Of a stretch of 22,424 bases of DNA, positions 1-8,384 are shown in pieces (position 1 is the first letter of the stretch; every line of letters begins with the position of its first letter). The stretch spans positions 62,001-84,424 of the forward strand of contig CAZSYD010000006.1 of assembly GCA_964611355.1 (NCBI GenBank), in the 5' to 3' direction. The DNA comes from an uncultured Ignavibacteriales bacterium (GTDB lineage: Bacteria > Zixibacteria > MSB-5A5 > GN15 > JAAZOE01). The notes beneath the pieces are model-generated. The model saw only the letters and a program-made list of their open reading frames with translations, was not told the origin of the DNA and ran no database searches. A program made the position numbers and the translations under genes.

Positions 1-1
1 C

Positions 2-106
2 AAAGTTCTGGGATGGCTTGTGGCAATAGCGATATTCGTCGGGTACTCCGTTATACCGGCGGCAACTCTGTTGAAGATCATCAAACTACCGGAAGGAGTG
101 CTCTGA
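2..106 (+). CDS. sdhC: 3' end of succinate dehydrogenase/fumarate reductase cytochrome b subunit (partial, begins upstream of window)
   Basis: Frame 2 reads [38 protein letters not shown] (TGA 104-106). This is a hydrophobic TM helix with the G-[FY]-x-x-I-P ending typical of b558-family SdhC. It stops 1 nt before the sdhA ATG. Not in the supplied ORF track. Confidence 0.75.
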   Translation, partial: KVLGWLVAIAIFVGYSVIPAATLLKIIKLPEGVL

Positions 107-107
107 T

Positions 108-2021
108 ATGAAGCTTGAGTCGAAAGTTCCATCCGGTCCGCTCGCCGAGAAATGGGATAAACACCGCTTCGAGATGAAGCTGGTCAACCCAGCCAACAAG
201 CGCAAATACAGTGCTATCGTAGTCGGTACGGGCCTGGCCGGCGCATCGACGGCCGCCTCGATGGCCGAACTCGGCTACAACGTAAAGGCCTTCTGTTTCC
301 AGGACAGTCCCCGACGGGCGCACTCCATCGGCGCGCAGGGGGGAATTAATGCAGCCAAAAACTACCAGAACGATGGCGATTCCATCTGGCGCTTGTTCTT
401 CGATACGATCAAGGGGGGAGATTTCCGCTCGCGAGAAGCCAACACATACCGCTTGGCGCAAGTGTCGGTCGATATCATAGACCAGTGCGCCGCTCAGGGG
501 GTGCCGTTTGCGCGCGAATACGGCGGCACACTGGCCAACCGTTCCTTTGGGGGAGCCCAGGTATCGCGCACATTCTATGCTCGCGGGCAGACCGGACAGC
601 AGTTGTTGTTAGGTGCCTACTCAGCACTCCAGCGCCAGATCGGCCTTGGAAAAGTGCATATGTTCCCCCGCACCGAGATGCTTGATCTCGTGCTGATTGA
701 CGGTCACGCTAAGGGAATTGTCGTGCGCGACCTCGTAACAGGTAAAATCAGTTCGCACGCCGCCGATGCCGTCGTATTGGCCACCGGCGGATACGCACGG
801 GTGTTTAACCTTTCTACGATGGGCCTGGGATGCAACGTCACCGCTATCTATCAAGCCTATAAGAGAGGAGCGCTCTTTGCCAATCCGTGTTTTACCCAGA
901 TACATCCTACTTGCATCCCGCACACGGGAGACTATCAGTCGAAGCTTACCCTGATGTCCGAGTCATTGCGCAACGACGGCCGTATCTGGGTGCCCAGGAA
1001 TAAGGGCGACAAGCGCCTGCCCGGAGAAATCCCAGAAGAAGAACGCGATTACTATCTGGAACGAAAATATCCCAGTTTCGGTAACCTTGCCCCCCGCGAT
1101 ATTTCATCGCGCTCCGCCAAGGAGGTCTGTGATGATGGATGCGGAGTTGGTTCATCCGGATATAGTGTGTACCTGGACTTCGCCGAAGCTATTGAGCGCT
1201 TGGGTCGAGAGGTGATTACCGAACGATATGGAAATCTCTTTGAAATGTACCATCTCATAACCGATGAAGACCCTTACAAGGTCCCAATGCGCATATATCC
1301 AGCCGCCCATTATGCTATGGGCGGGTTATGGGTCGATTACAATCTGATGAGCAATATTCCCGGCCTCCATGTTATCGGCGAGGCCAACTTCTCTGACCAC
1401 GGTGCCAACCGCCTGGGAGCTTCGGCTTTGATGCAAGGGTTGGCCGACGGTTATTTCGTCCTGCCGTATACGATTGGCGACTACTTCGCCCGGGTAGGGG
1501 CACAGAGTATCTCTACCGACCGCTCCGAGTTTGGCGAGGCCGAAGAAGCCGTCGCCGCGCGCATAAAGAAACTTCTGTCGGTTAACGGCGAACGCACGGT
1601 CGACTCTTTCCACAAGGCGCTGGGTGAAATAATGTGGGAGAAAGCCGGCATGGCCCGCAACGAAACCGACTTGAAAGAAGCGGTCGAACAGATTACGGCG
1701 CTGAGGAATGAATTCTGGCAGAATGTCAGGGTTATAGGGAGCACTAACGAAATGAACCAGACGCTGGAGAAAGCGGGCCGCGTGGCTGATTTCCTCGAGT
1801 TCGCCGAGATCTTCTGCTATGACGCTCTCAACCGGGAAGAGTCCTGCGGCGCTCACTTCCGCGAGGAGTATCAGACTGAAGATGGAGAAGCCCTGCGCAA
1901 CGACAAGAAGTTCGCATACGTCGCCGCATGGGAATACAAGGGCGATGGTGTCAAACCGGAACTGCATAAGGAGGAGCTCGAGTTTGAGAATGTTGAGCTG
2001 ACAACAAGGAGCTACAAATAA
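108..2021 (+). CDS. sdhA: Succinate dehydrogenase/fumarate reductase flavoprotein subunit
   Basis: FAD-binding VVGTGLAG, covalent-FAD His in [60 protein letters not shown]-like GGAAGGAG at 91-98. Confidence 0.97.
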   Translation: MKLESKVPSGPLAEKWDKHRFEMKLVNPANKRKYSAIVVGTGLAGASTAASMAELGYNVKAFCFQDSPRRAHSIGAQGGINAAKNYQNDGDSIWRLFFDTIKGGDFRSREANTYRLAQVSVDIIDQCAAQGVPFAREYGGTLANRSFGGAQVSRTFYARGQTGQQLLLGAYSALQRQIGLGKVHMFPRTEMLDLVLIDGHAKGIVVRDLVTGKISSHAADAVVLATGGYARVFNLSTMGLGCNVTAIYQAYKRGALFANPCFTQIHPTCIPHTGDYQSKLTLMSESLRNDGRIWVPRNKGDKRLPGEIPEEERDYYLERKYPSFGNLAPRDISSRSAKEVCDDGCGVGSSGYSVYLDFAEAIERLGREVITERYGNLFEMYHLITDEDPYKVPMRIYPAAHYAMGGLWVDYNLMSNIPGLHVIGEANFSDHGANRLGASALMQGLADGYFVLPYTIGDYFARVGAQSISTDRSEFGEAEEAVAARIKKLLSVNGERTVDSFHKALGEIMWEKAGMARNETDLKEAVEQITALRNEFWQNVRVIGSTNEMNQTLEKAGRVADFLEFAEIFCYDALNREESCGAHFREEYQTEDGEALRNDKKFAYVAAWEYKGDGVKPELHKEELEFENVELTTRSYK

Positions 2022-2764
2022 TGAATCTAACACTACGAGTCTGGCGTCAGAAGAACGCCCAGGATAAAGGCCGCCTGGAAACCTACCAGGCAAACGATAT
2101 CAACAAGGACATGTCGTTCCTGGAGATGCTCGACGTGGTGAACGAGGAACTGGTCAAGAAAGGCATCGAGCCGATTCACTTCGACCATGACTGCCGCGAA
2201 GGAATCTGTGGTGCCTGTTCGCTGGTGATAAACGGCATCGCCCACGGCGGGAAGAAGGGTTGCACCACCTGCGAGCTTCGTATGCGCAATTTCAAGGACG
2301 GCGATACCATCGCGATTGAACCTTTCCGCGCCAAGGCCTTTCCGGTCGTCAGGGACCTGATGGTCGACCGCTCTGCCCTGGATCGGGTCATGCAGGCGGG
2401 GGGTTTTGTTTCAGTTAACACCGGAGGCACCCCCGACGCCAATGCCATCCCTATCCATAAGGACGTCGCCGAAACAGCAATGGACGCCGCCGCCTGCGTC
2501 GGCTGCGGCGCCTGCGTGGCAGCCTGCAAAAACGCCTCGGCCATGCTTTTTGTTTCAGCCAAAGTGGGACACCTTGATACTCTCCCACAGGGAAAAGTGG
2601 AGGCCCACGAACGGGTCAGGAAGATGGTGGCCCGGATGGATGCGGAGGGCTTTGGCAACTGCACCAATTATTTTGAATGCGAGGCGGTCTGTCCAAAGGA
2701 GATCAGCATCAAGTTTATTGCCAAGCTGAACCGGGAACGGATGAAGGCGGCAATTACGAGATAG
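2021..2764 (+). CDS. sdhB: Succinate dehydrogenase/fumarate reductase iron-sulfur subunit
   Basis: [2Fe-2S] motif CREGICGAC...C, [4Fe-4S] motif [11 protein letters not shown], [3Fe-4S] motif [17 protein letters not shown] stop/start overlap with sdhA. Confidence 0.97.
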   Translation: MNLTLRVWRQKNAQDKGRLETYQANDINKDMSFLEMLDVVNEELVKKGIEPIHFDHDCREGICGACSLVINGIAHGGKKGCTTCELRMRNFKDGDTIAIEPFRAKAFPVVRDLMVDRSALDRVMQAGGFVSVNTGGTPDANAIPIHKDVAETAMDAAACVGCGACVAACKNASAMLFVSAKVGHLDTLPQGKVEAHERVRKMVARMDAEGFGNCTNYFECEAVCPKEISIKFIAKLNRERMKAAITR

Positions 2765-2781
2765 GCGTAGTTTACATAACC

Positions 2782-2801
2782 GGCGGATATTCACATCCGC
2801 C
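2782..2801 (+). terminator. Stem-loop downstream of sdhB (possible terminator or 3' stabilising hairpin)
   Basis: Perfect 7-bp stem GGCGGAT-attcac-ATCCGCC 17 nt after the sdhB stop. No clear poly-U tract follows. Confidence 0.45.
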
Positions 2802-2912
2802 TAAATTCATTAACGCGACAGTTGCGGACATCTGCCGTACGCAAAAACTCCCGATTTATCTCTTGAAGTCACCAAGAAGACCTTGATGAAATTGGCAAAC
2901 CGTTATAAATCC

Positions 2913-2947
2913 TTGACATAAAAGAGAAATCCCTTATATATATAGGG
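2913..2947 (+). promoter_or_regulatory. Putative sigma70 promoter for the 3029 peptidase gene
   Basis: Perfect TTGACA at 2913-2918, followed 16-18 nt later by a TATATATATA run that sits inside the near-palindrome CCCTTATATATATAGGG (2931-2947). Strong SD AGGAGGT at 3017-3023. Confidence 0.5.
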
Positions 2948-3028
2948 TATAAACAAACTCAATATACATCTCGTACCGCCACTATAATCTAACCTGCGGT
3001 AAATAGCGACTGCATTAGGAGGTACACT

Positions 3029-4876
3029 ATGGCATCGTCAGCTTCATCGAAAAGCAAATATACCGGGCCCGGCATCCGCTGGGGACTGTTTGTTCTGATT
3101 ATTATTTCAATTCTTTTAGCTCCCGGGAATAAACAACTTGTTAAAGCGGACGGAGATAATGAAGATACCGTAATAAGATCAATGAATCTGGCCGGAGAGA
3201 AAAACCCTCTTGGTATCCGGGTAACCCGATGGCCCGAAGCGGCCGGCGGCGAGCCGATCACCTACGAGGAATGGAAGGCCAAAGTCGGTCAACCCGGCCC
3301 TTTTACCATCGAACTGGTCAAAAGGCAGGAGCCACAGGCAAGCGCAAAAGATATCAAGCCGTTTTACATTATCGTCAATGACGCTTTGCAAGGCGGCATT
3401 CAGGCTTCTCTTGACCAATATATGCTCGACCTTGCCTATGACAATTATCTGGTTGAACTTTACGCCACTTCCGGCGGCACCTGCGAAGATTTACGCCAGT
3501 TTTTCCAGAATAAATATAACAATGAAGGTCTGGTTGGCGCCATCCTGATTGGCAATTTACCTATCGCCTGGTACGAGACATTTGATTGCTGGGAGGATAC
3601 GCCGCACGAGTATTTCCCCTGTGATCTCTACTACATGGATATGGACGGCACCTGGATAGATAACAATACCAATGACATGTTTGACGAACATACCGGCGAC
3701 GTCACCCCGGAAATTTATATCGGACGATTATGGGCCTCGACGTTGACATACATGGGCGCAACCGAACCGGACCTGCTCCAAAATTACTTTAATAAAAATC
3801 ATCTTTATCGAACGGGTCAGATGACCCTGTCTGATCGGGCTTTGCTTTATATTGACGACGACTGGGAAACCTCGGGCGAATGGTGGAGCGAAAACGTCGG
3901 CCTAGCCTATGACGACCGGACTTTAGTTAATGACCCGAATACCACCATAGCGAGCGACTATAAAGACCGGCTACCCCAAAACTACGAACTGATCCAACTG
4001 GCCGCTCATTCCAGCCCGACGGTGCACTGGTTCAAAATTCCTCCCGACGTCTGGCATAGTACCGTTGACTATGAGGAAATGGTTCAGGCTGACCCGGTAG
4101 CCCTTTTCTACAACCTGTTTGCCTGTTCCAATGCTCACTTTGCTCAGCCGAACTACATGGCAGGCTGGTATATTTTCTGCCAGACCTATGGACTAATCGC
4201 CATCGGCAGCACCAAGACCGGATCGATGTTGAACTTCGAATATTTCTATCAGCCGCTCGGAGAAAACAAAACCTTTGGCCAATCATTCGCCGACTGGTTT
4301 GCGGCCATAGGAGCGGATGGTTTTCAGGATTGGGAAATCTGCTGGTTTTACGGGATGACGCTTTGCGGCGATCCGACTCTCAGCCTTGATATGTCGCACG
4401 CCCCCTATGAAATCACTATAAGCGTCCCTGATTTGCCGGATGGTGTATATTACGAGGAGTACAACGCCGCCCTGTCCGCCGCCGGAGGCACGCCTCCCTA
4501 TAGCTGGCAAATTGCGACGGGATCTTTGCCGGACGGTCTTGAACTTGATGCCGAAACCGGCATTATTTCGGGTATTCCCCTCGCCAAGGGGATTTTTGAC
4601 GCCGAGGTCTGCGTCTGCGATACCGCTGCGTCGCCGCGCGCCGATACGGCCGCTATCCAAATAAGTATCACCTGCGTCTGTGGCGATCCCAACGGCGACA
4701 AATCGATAAACCTTGCCGACACCGTCTATCTTATCAATTTCATCTTCCATAACGGCTCCGCTCCCGACCCGATGAAGGCCGGCGATGCCAATTGCGATAT
4801 TTCCGTAAATATTGCCGATGCGGTATTTCTCTTGAACTTTATATTTCATCAGGGACCGGAACCGCTTTGTCCCTGA
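3029..4876 (+). CDS. Secreted C25 (gingipain-family) cysteine peptidase with putative Ig (He_PIG-like) domain and C-terminal dockerin
   Basis: Signal-peptide-like N-terminus (..WGLFVLIIISILLAPG..VKA). C25 motifs GAILIGNLP, CDLYYMDMDG, PEIYIGRL. Catalytic dyad candidates AAHSS (His 4007-4009) and LFACSN (Cys 4124-4126), then LCGDPTL. He_PIG-like GGTPPYSW...LPDGLELD...G.ISG.P. Duplicated Ca-binding dockerin loops at 4679-4873. Confidence 0.85.
   Translation: MASSASSKSKYTGPGIRWGLFVLIIISILLAPGNKQLVKADGDNEDTVIRSMNLAGEKNPLGIRVTRWPEAAGGEPITYEEWKAKVGQPGPFTIELVKRQEPQASAKDIKPFYIIVNDALQGGIQASLDQYMLDLAYDNYLVELYATSGGTCEDLRQFFQNKYNNEGLVGAILIGNLPIAWYETFDCWEDTPHEYFPCDLYYMDMDGTWIDNNTNDMFDEHTGDVTPEIYIGRLWASTLTYMGATEPDLLQNYFNKNHLYRTGQMTLSDRALLYIDDDWETSGEWWSENVGLAYDDRTLVNDPNTTIASDYKDRLPQNYELIQLAAHSSPTVHWFKIPPDVWHSTVDYEEMVQADPVALFYNLFACSNAHFAQPNYMAGWYIFCQTYGLIAIGSTKTGSMLNFEYFYQPLGENKTFGQSFADWFAAIGADGFQDWEICWFYGMTLCGDPTLSLDMSHAPYEITISVPDLPDGVYYEEYNAALSAAGGTPPYSWQIATGSLPDGLELDAETGIISGIPLAKGIFDAEVCVCDTAASPRADTAAIQISITCVCGDPNGDKSINLADTVYLINFIFHNGSAPDPMKAGDANCDISVNIADAVFLLNFIFHQGPEPLCP
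4679..4873 (+). repeat. Dockerin type I-like domain, copy 1 of a dispersed 65-aa module (others at 7791-7985, 12390-12584, 15037-15231)
   Basis: GDxNxDxxxNxxDxVxxxNxxF segment duplicated within each copy. The four copies align without gaps and end at the stop codon. Confidence 0.9.
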
Positions 4877-4992
4877 TGTGGGGAAATAAGGAGATCGAAT
4901 TTCAGCACCGGCGAAAAACCGGCCTTTCTGTATTGGTTTCCAAATCCTATCGCCCGGCTAAAATTAAAATCAGAAAAGGCCGAAATATAGTA

Positions 4993-5020
4993 TTGACGAC
5001 AGAAGCAAATTGTGTATTTT
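4993..5020 (+). promoter_or_regulatory. Possible sigma70 promoter for the M14 gene
   Basis: TTGACG-N16-TATTTT about 90 nt upstream of ATG 5112. SD-like AAGGTGAG at 5101-5108. Confidence 0.35.
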
Positions 5021-5111
5021 ATGATTGGAGCGGGTTAGTTGTCGAAAAAGAAAAATACCGGCCGCCCCGAAACCAACCGTCATACCAGCGCTTATCGTTC
5101 AAGGTGAGTAA

Positions 5112-7988
5112 ATGAAAAAACTGGCCATCCTTCTTGGTATCTTGATCATTATTCTCACAACTAACCTGCTGTCAGCAAATTCCGAGACTTATTTCAAGTT
5201 TCAGATTAAGTCTCGAAATGAACTGGAAAAGCTCACAAAAATCGTCTCAATAGATAACGTGGACAGCCTGACCGTCTATGCCTATGGCGCCGACGAACAA
5301 TTAACCGATCTCGAAAATCTCGGATATACATACACGGTTCTGCCTCACCCCGGGACACTGATAGTACCCCGAATGGCCGCCGGCAAAGAGGCGAAAATAT
5401 GGGATTACTACCCGACCTACGGTGAATATGTCGATTCGATGTATCAATTTGAGACCGACCATCCTGCCCTTTGCAAAACCTACGATATAGGTTTATCCGT
5501 TCAGGGCCGCTCGATTCTTTTTGTGAAGATATCGGATAACGTCGACCTGGAAGAGGATGAGCCGGAGGTAATGTATACCAGCACCATGCACGGTGACGAA
5601 ACCGTCGGATATATATCGATGCTGAGGCTCATTGACTATCTATTGACCAACTATGGCAGCGATTCGCTGGTTACCCGCCTTATCGATAGCTGTGAAATCT
5701 GGATTAATCCTCTGGCCAACCCGGATGGAACTTACAGGTCCGGCGATCATACCGTCGCCGGCGCAATTCGACTAAACGCCAATTACGTCGATTTAAATCG
5801 CAATTTCCCCGACCCGGAAGACGGACAACATCCGGATAATAAGCCCTGGCAGCCGGAAACGGTGGCGATGATGAATTTTGCCGGAGATCATTCATTTAAT
5901 ATTTCGGCTAATTTCCACAGCGGTGCTGAGGTTGTCAATTATCCGTGGGATACATGGGCTCGGCTGCATGTCGATAACGACTGGTTTATCGATATCAGCC
6001 GCGCCTACGCCGATTCGGCCCAGTATTTCAGCCCGGCCGGATATATGACCGATCTTAATAACGGTATCACCAACGGCTACGCCTGGTACACCATTACCGG
6101 CGGCCGTCAGGATTATATGAATTACTGGCACGGTTGCCGGGAAGTTACCATCGAACTTTCCCATACAAAGCTTTTACCGGAAGATTCGCTCGACGATCAC
6201 TGGAATTACAATAGAGCTTCTTTTCTAAATTATCTGGAAAATGGCCTTTACGGCATCCGGGGGGTTGTCACCGACGCGATAACGGGCGACCCTGTATTTG
6301 CCGCTGTAACCGTCGATGGTCACGACAGCGACCTCGACAGCTCCCGTGTCTTCACCGATCCCGACGTGGGCGACCATCACCGAATGATTCTGGCCGGTAC
6401 CTATGACCTGACCTTTACCGCCGCCGGTCATTATCCGAAGACGGTAACATCCATAGTTGTTGTCGATGAAACGTCCACGAGAGTTGACGTAACCCTCGAT
6501 CCTCTTCCGGAAGAACCGAATTTGCAGTTTGCTTCCCATGATGCCGGCATGGTTGACCCGGGAGACAATGTCTCCATGCTGATTACCCTTGAAAATGAGG
6601 GCGCCGGCGACGCCGTCAATGTTTCCGCCACGCTTGAGACAGACGACCCATATATAAACATCACGCAAAATTACTCGGCTTATCCCGATATCGTCAAGCT
6701 GGGAGGTATGGAAACATCGCTAAGCAACTACGAATTTACTATTTTGCCCACCTGTCCTTTTAGTCATCTGACCGAATTCAGCCTGGTTATTTCCGCGGAT
6801 GGCGGCTATGTTGACACCGTCGAATTTTCTATTGCCGTCGGCCTGTTCGTGGAGGATTTCGAAAGCGGCGATTTCGCCGGTCTTCCCTGGGAAATGGGCG
6901 GAACCGCCGAATGGACAATCACTTCATTCAATCCCTATGAAGGCTCCTTCAGCGCCAAATCCGGCGCCATTGACCATAATCAGTATTCGTGGATCACGGT
7001 CGATCTTGAAGTCGCTCAGCCGGGCACGCTCTCGTTTTATTACCGGGTATCCTCTGAGATTGACGATTATCTGAGTTTCCATATCGACGGCGTCGAAAAA
7101 GACACCTGGTCGGGAGAAGTCGCCTGGAGTTCCGCCAGCTATCCTGTTGAGGCCGGTTCGCGCACTTTTACCTGGGCATATATCAAGGATCAATCCATGT
7201 CCGGCGGCAGCGATTGCGCCTGGATTGATCTGATCGTCTTTCCCCTGCTGACCTCATCGGTTTCAATCAGCACTATATCACTTCCCGACTGGACGGCCGG
7301 ACATCCGTACTCCCGGGAACTGGAAGCCGTGAACGGTATCGGTGAATTGAACTGGTCGGATAAAAACGGCGAATTAGGCGGAACCGGCCTGACTCTGTCG
7401 AATGAGGGTATTCTATCCGGAATCCCAACCGCCCCGGGTCCTATATCGTTTACCGCTGCGGTAACTGACCACGGGGGCGGCCTCGACGAAAAACCGTTCA
7501 ACTTTACAATAAATCCGACCCTAACGATAACCACAGCTTCCCTGCCGGACGGCGGCGTCGGTTCGATGTATCAGCAACAGCTTGAAGCGACCGGCGGTAC
7601 GGGAACAAGAACATGGAACGATAAAAACGGCGACCTTGCCGGGACCGACTTTGCGCTCTCACAAGACGGCGTTCTCTCGGGAATGCCAACAGTATCAGGC
7701 GTTATAGGCTTCACTGCTCAGGTTCAGGATTTCATAGGCAGCGCCGATGAGGCCTATCTCAGTTTCGAAATCGCTGACCTGCCTTATATCTGCGGGGACG
7801 CCAATGGCGATGAAATGGTCAATATCGGGGATGCCGTCTTTATCTGCTGCTATGTCTTCAGGGATGGCCCGGCCCCAGATCCGCTCGAATCCGGAGACGC
7901 GAATTGCGACGACTCGGTAAATATCGGCGACGCCGTGTACATAGTGAACTACGTTTTCAAAGACGGCCCGGCACCCTGCTGCCCATAG
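5112..7988 (+). CDS. Secreted M14 (subfamily B, CPD/CPE/CPG70-like) zinc carboxypeptidase with transthyretin-like, Ig-like, jelly-roll and 2x He_PIG-like domains and C-terminal dockerin
   Basis: Signal peptide MKKLAILLGILIIILTTNLLSA. Zn ligands HGDE (5589) and NFHSG (5916). Motifs NPDG, DLNRNFPD, QPET, VNYPWD, GITNGYAWY, GGRQD, catalytic TIELS (Glu 6153). Regulatory-like domain beginning GIRGVVTD. Dockerin at 7791-7985. Confidence 0.92.
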   Translation: MKKLAILLGILIIILTTNLLSANSETYFKFQIKSRNELEKLTKIVSIDNVDSLTVYAYGADEQLTDLENLGYTYTVLPHPGTLIVPRMAAGKEAKIWDYYPTYGEYVDSMYQFETDHPALCKTYDIGLSVQGRSILFVKISDNVDLEEDEPEVMYTSTMHGDETVGYISMLRLIDYLLTNYGSDSLVTRLIDSCEIWINPLANPDGTYRSGDHTVAGAIRLNANYVDLNRNFPDPEDGQHPDNKPWQPETVAMMNFAGDHSFNISANFHSGAEVVNYPWDTWARLHVDNDWFIDISRAYADSAQYFSPAGYMTDLNNGITNGYAWYTITGGRQDYMNYWHGCREVTIELSHTKLLPEDSLDDHWNYNRASFLNYLENGLYGIRGVVTDAITGDPVFAAVTVDGHDSDLDSSRVFTDPDVGDHHRMILAGTYDLTFTAAGHYPKTVTSIVVVDETSTRVDVTLDPLPEEPNLQFASHDAGMVDPGDNVSMLITLENEGAGDAVNVSATLETDDPYINITQNYSAYPDIVKLGGMETSLSNYEFTILPTCPFSHLTEFSLVISADGGYVDTVEFSIAVGLFVEDFESGDFAGLPWEMGGTAEWTITSFNPYEGSFSAKSGAIDHNQYSWITVDLEVAQPGTLSFYYRVSSEIDDYLSFHIDGVEKDTWSGEVAWSSASYPVEAGSRTFTWAYIKDQSMSGGSDCAWIDLIVFPLLTSSVSISTISLPDWTAGHPYSRELEAVNGIGELNWSDKNGELGGTGLTLSNEGILSGIPTAPGPISFTAAVTDHGGGLDEKPFNFTINPTLTITTASLPDGGVGSMYQQQLEATGGTGTRTWNDKNGDLAGTDFALSQDGVLSGMPTVSGVIGFTAQVQDFIGSADEAYLSFEIADLPYICGDANGDEMVNIGDAVFICCYVFRDGPAPDPLESGDANCDDSVNIGDAVYIVNYVFKDGPAPCCP

Positions 7989-8227
7989 AGTACAATTTAT
8001 CGGACAGATATATGCAAACAAGGCGACAATTAAATTGTAAATAATATCGGTGTATTCGATTTCAATATCTCCTAACGTTTAACCAACTTGAGTAATATAA
8101 TTAATTATCCAATATCATGTAACATTTGCTGTTACCGAATGCATCAATTTATAATAATATTACTGCTTTGGAACTTAGAGTCTTATAAGCAAGACTAAAG
8201 CAGTCTACGTTATGGTTAAATATTTGC

Positions 8228-8255
8228 TTTACATTTTCCGATAATTCGTTATAAT
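8228..8255 (+). promoter_or_regulatory. Putative sigma70 promoter for the Kgp-like peptidase gene
   Basis: TTTACA (8228-8233)-N16-TATAAT (8250-8255) within a strongly AT-rich intergenic region. Confidence 0.55.
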
Positions 8256-8384
8256 GGAATAGAATAATAATCCCCACCAGGCTTACTTTTATATACCAGC
8301 CTGGCCAATGGATCTTTGGGTTTGAAAAACAGGAATATGAAATCCATGGAATCTTACGGTAAGGATAAGACTGGGAAAAATCGC

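Noticed and set aside
81..2886. Antisense and alternate-frame ORFs over sdhAB (e.g. 1326-2093 minus, 255 aa; 2176-2667 minus)
   Set aside because: They lie over highly conserved genes and have no recognisable motifs. They are shadow ORFs expected from GC-rich codon usage.
4679..4873. Dockerins as evidence for a cellulose-degrading cellulosome
   Set aside because: No glycoside hydrolase or cellulose-binding module is recognisable in the window. The cargo is peptidases and adhesin-like domains.
8316..8384. Track start at TTG 8316 for the 1423-aa ORF
   Set aside because: It adds 23 hydrophilic residues ahead of a normal signal peptide. ATG 8385 is more plausible, although ATG 8337 or 8346 cannot be excluded.
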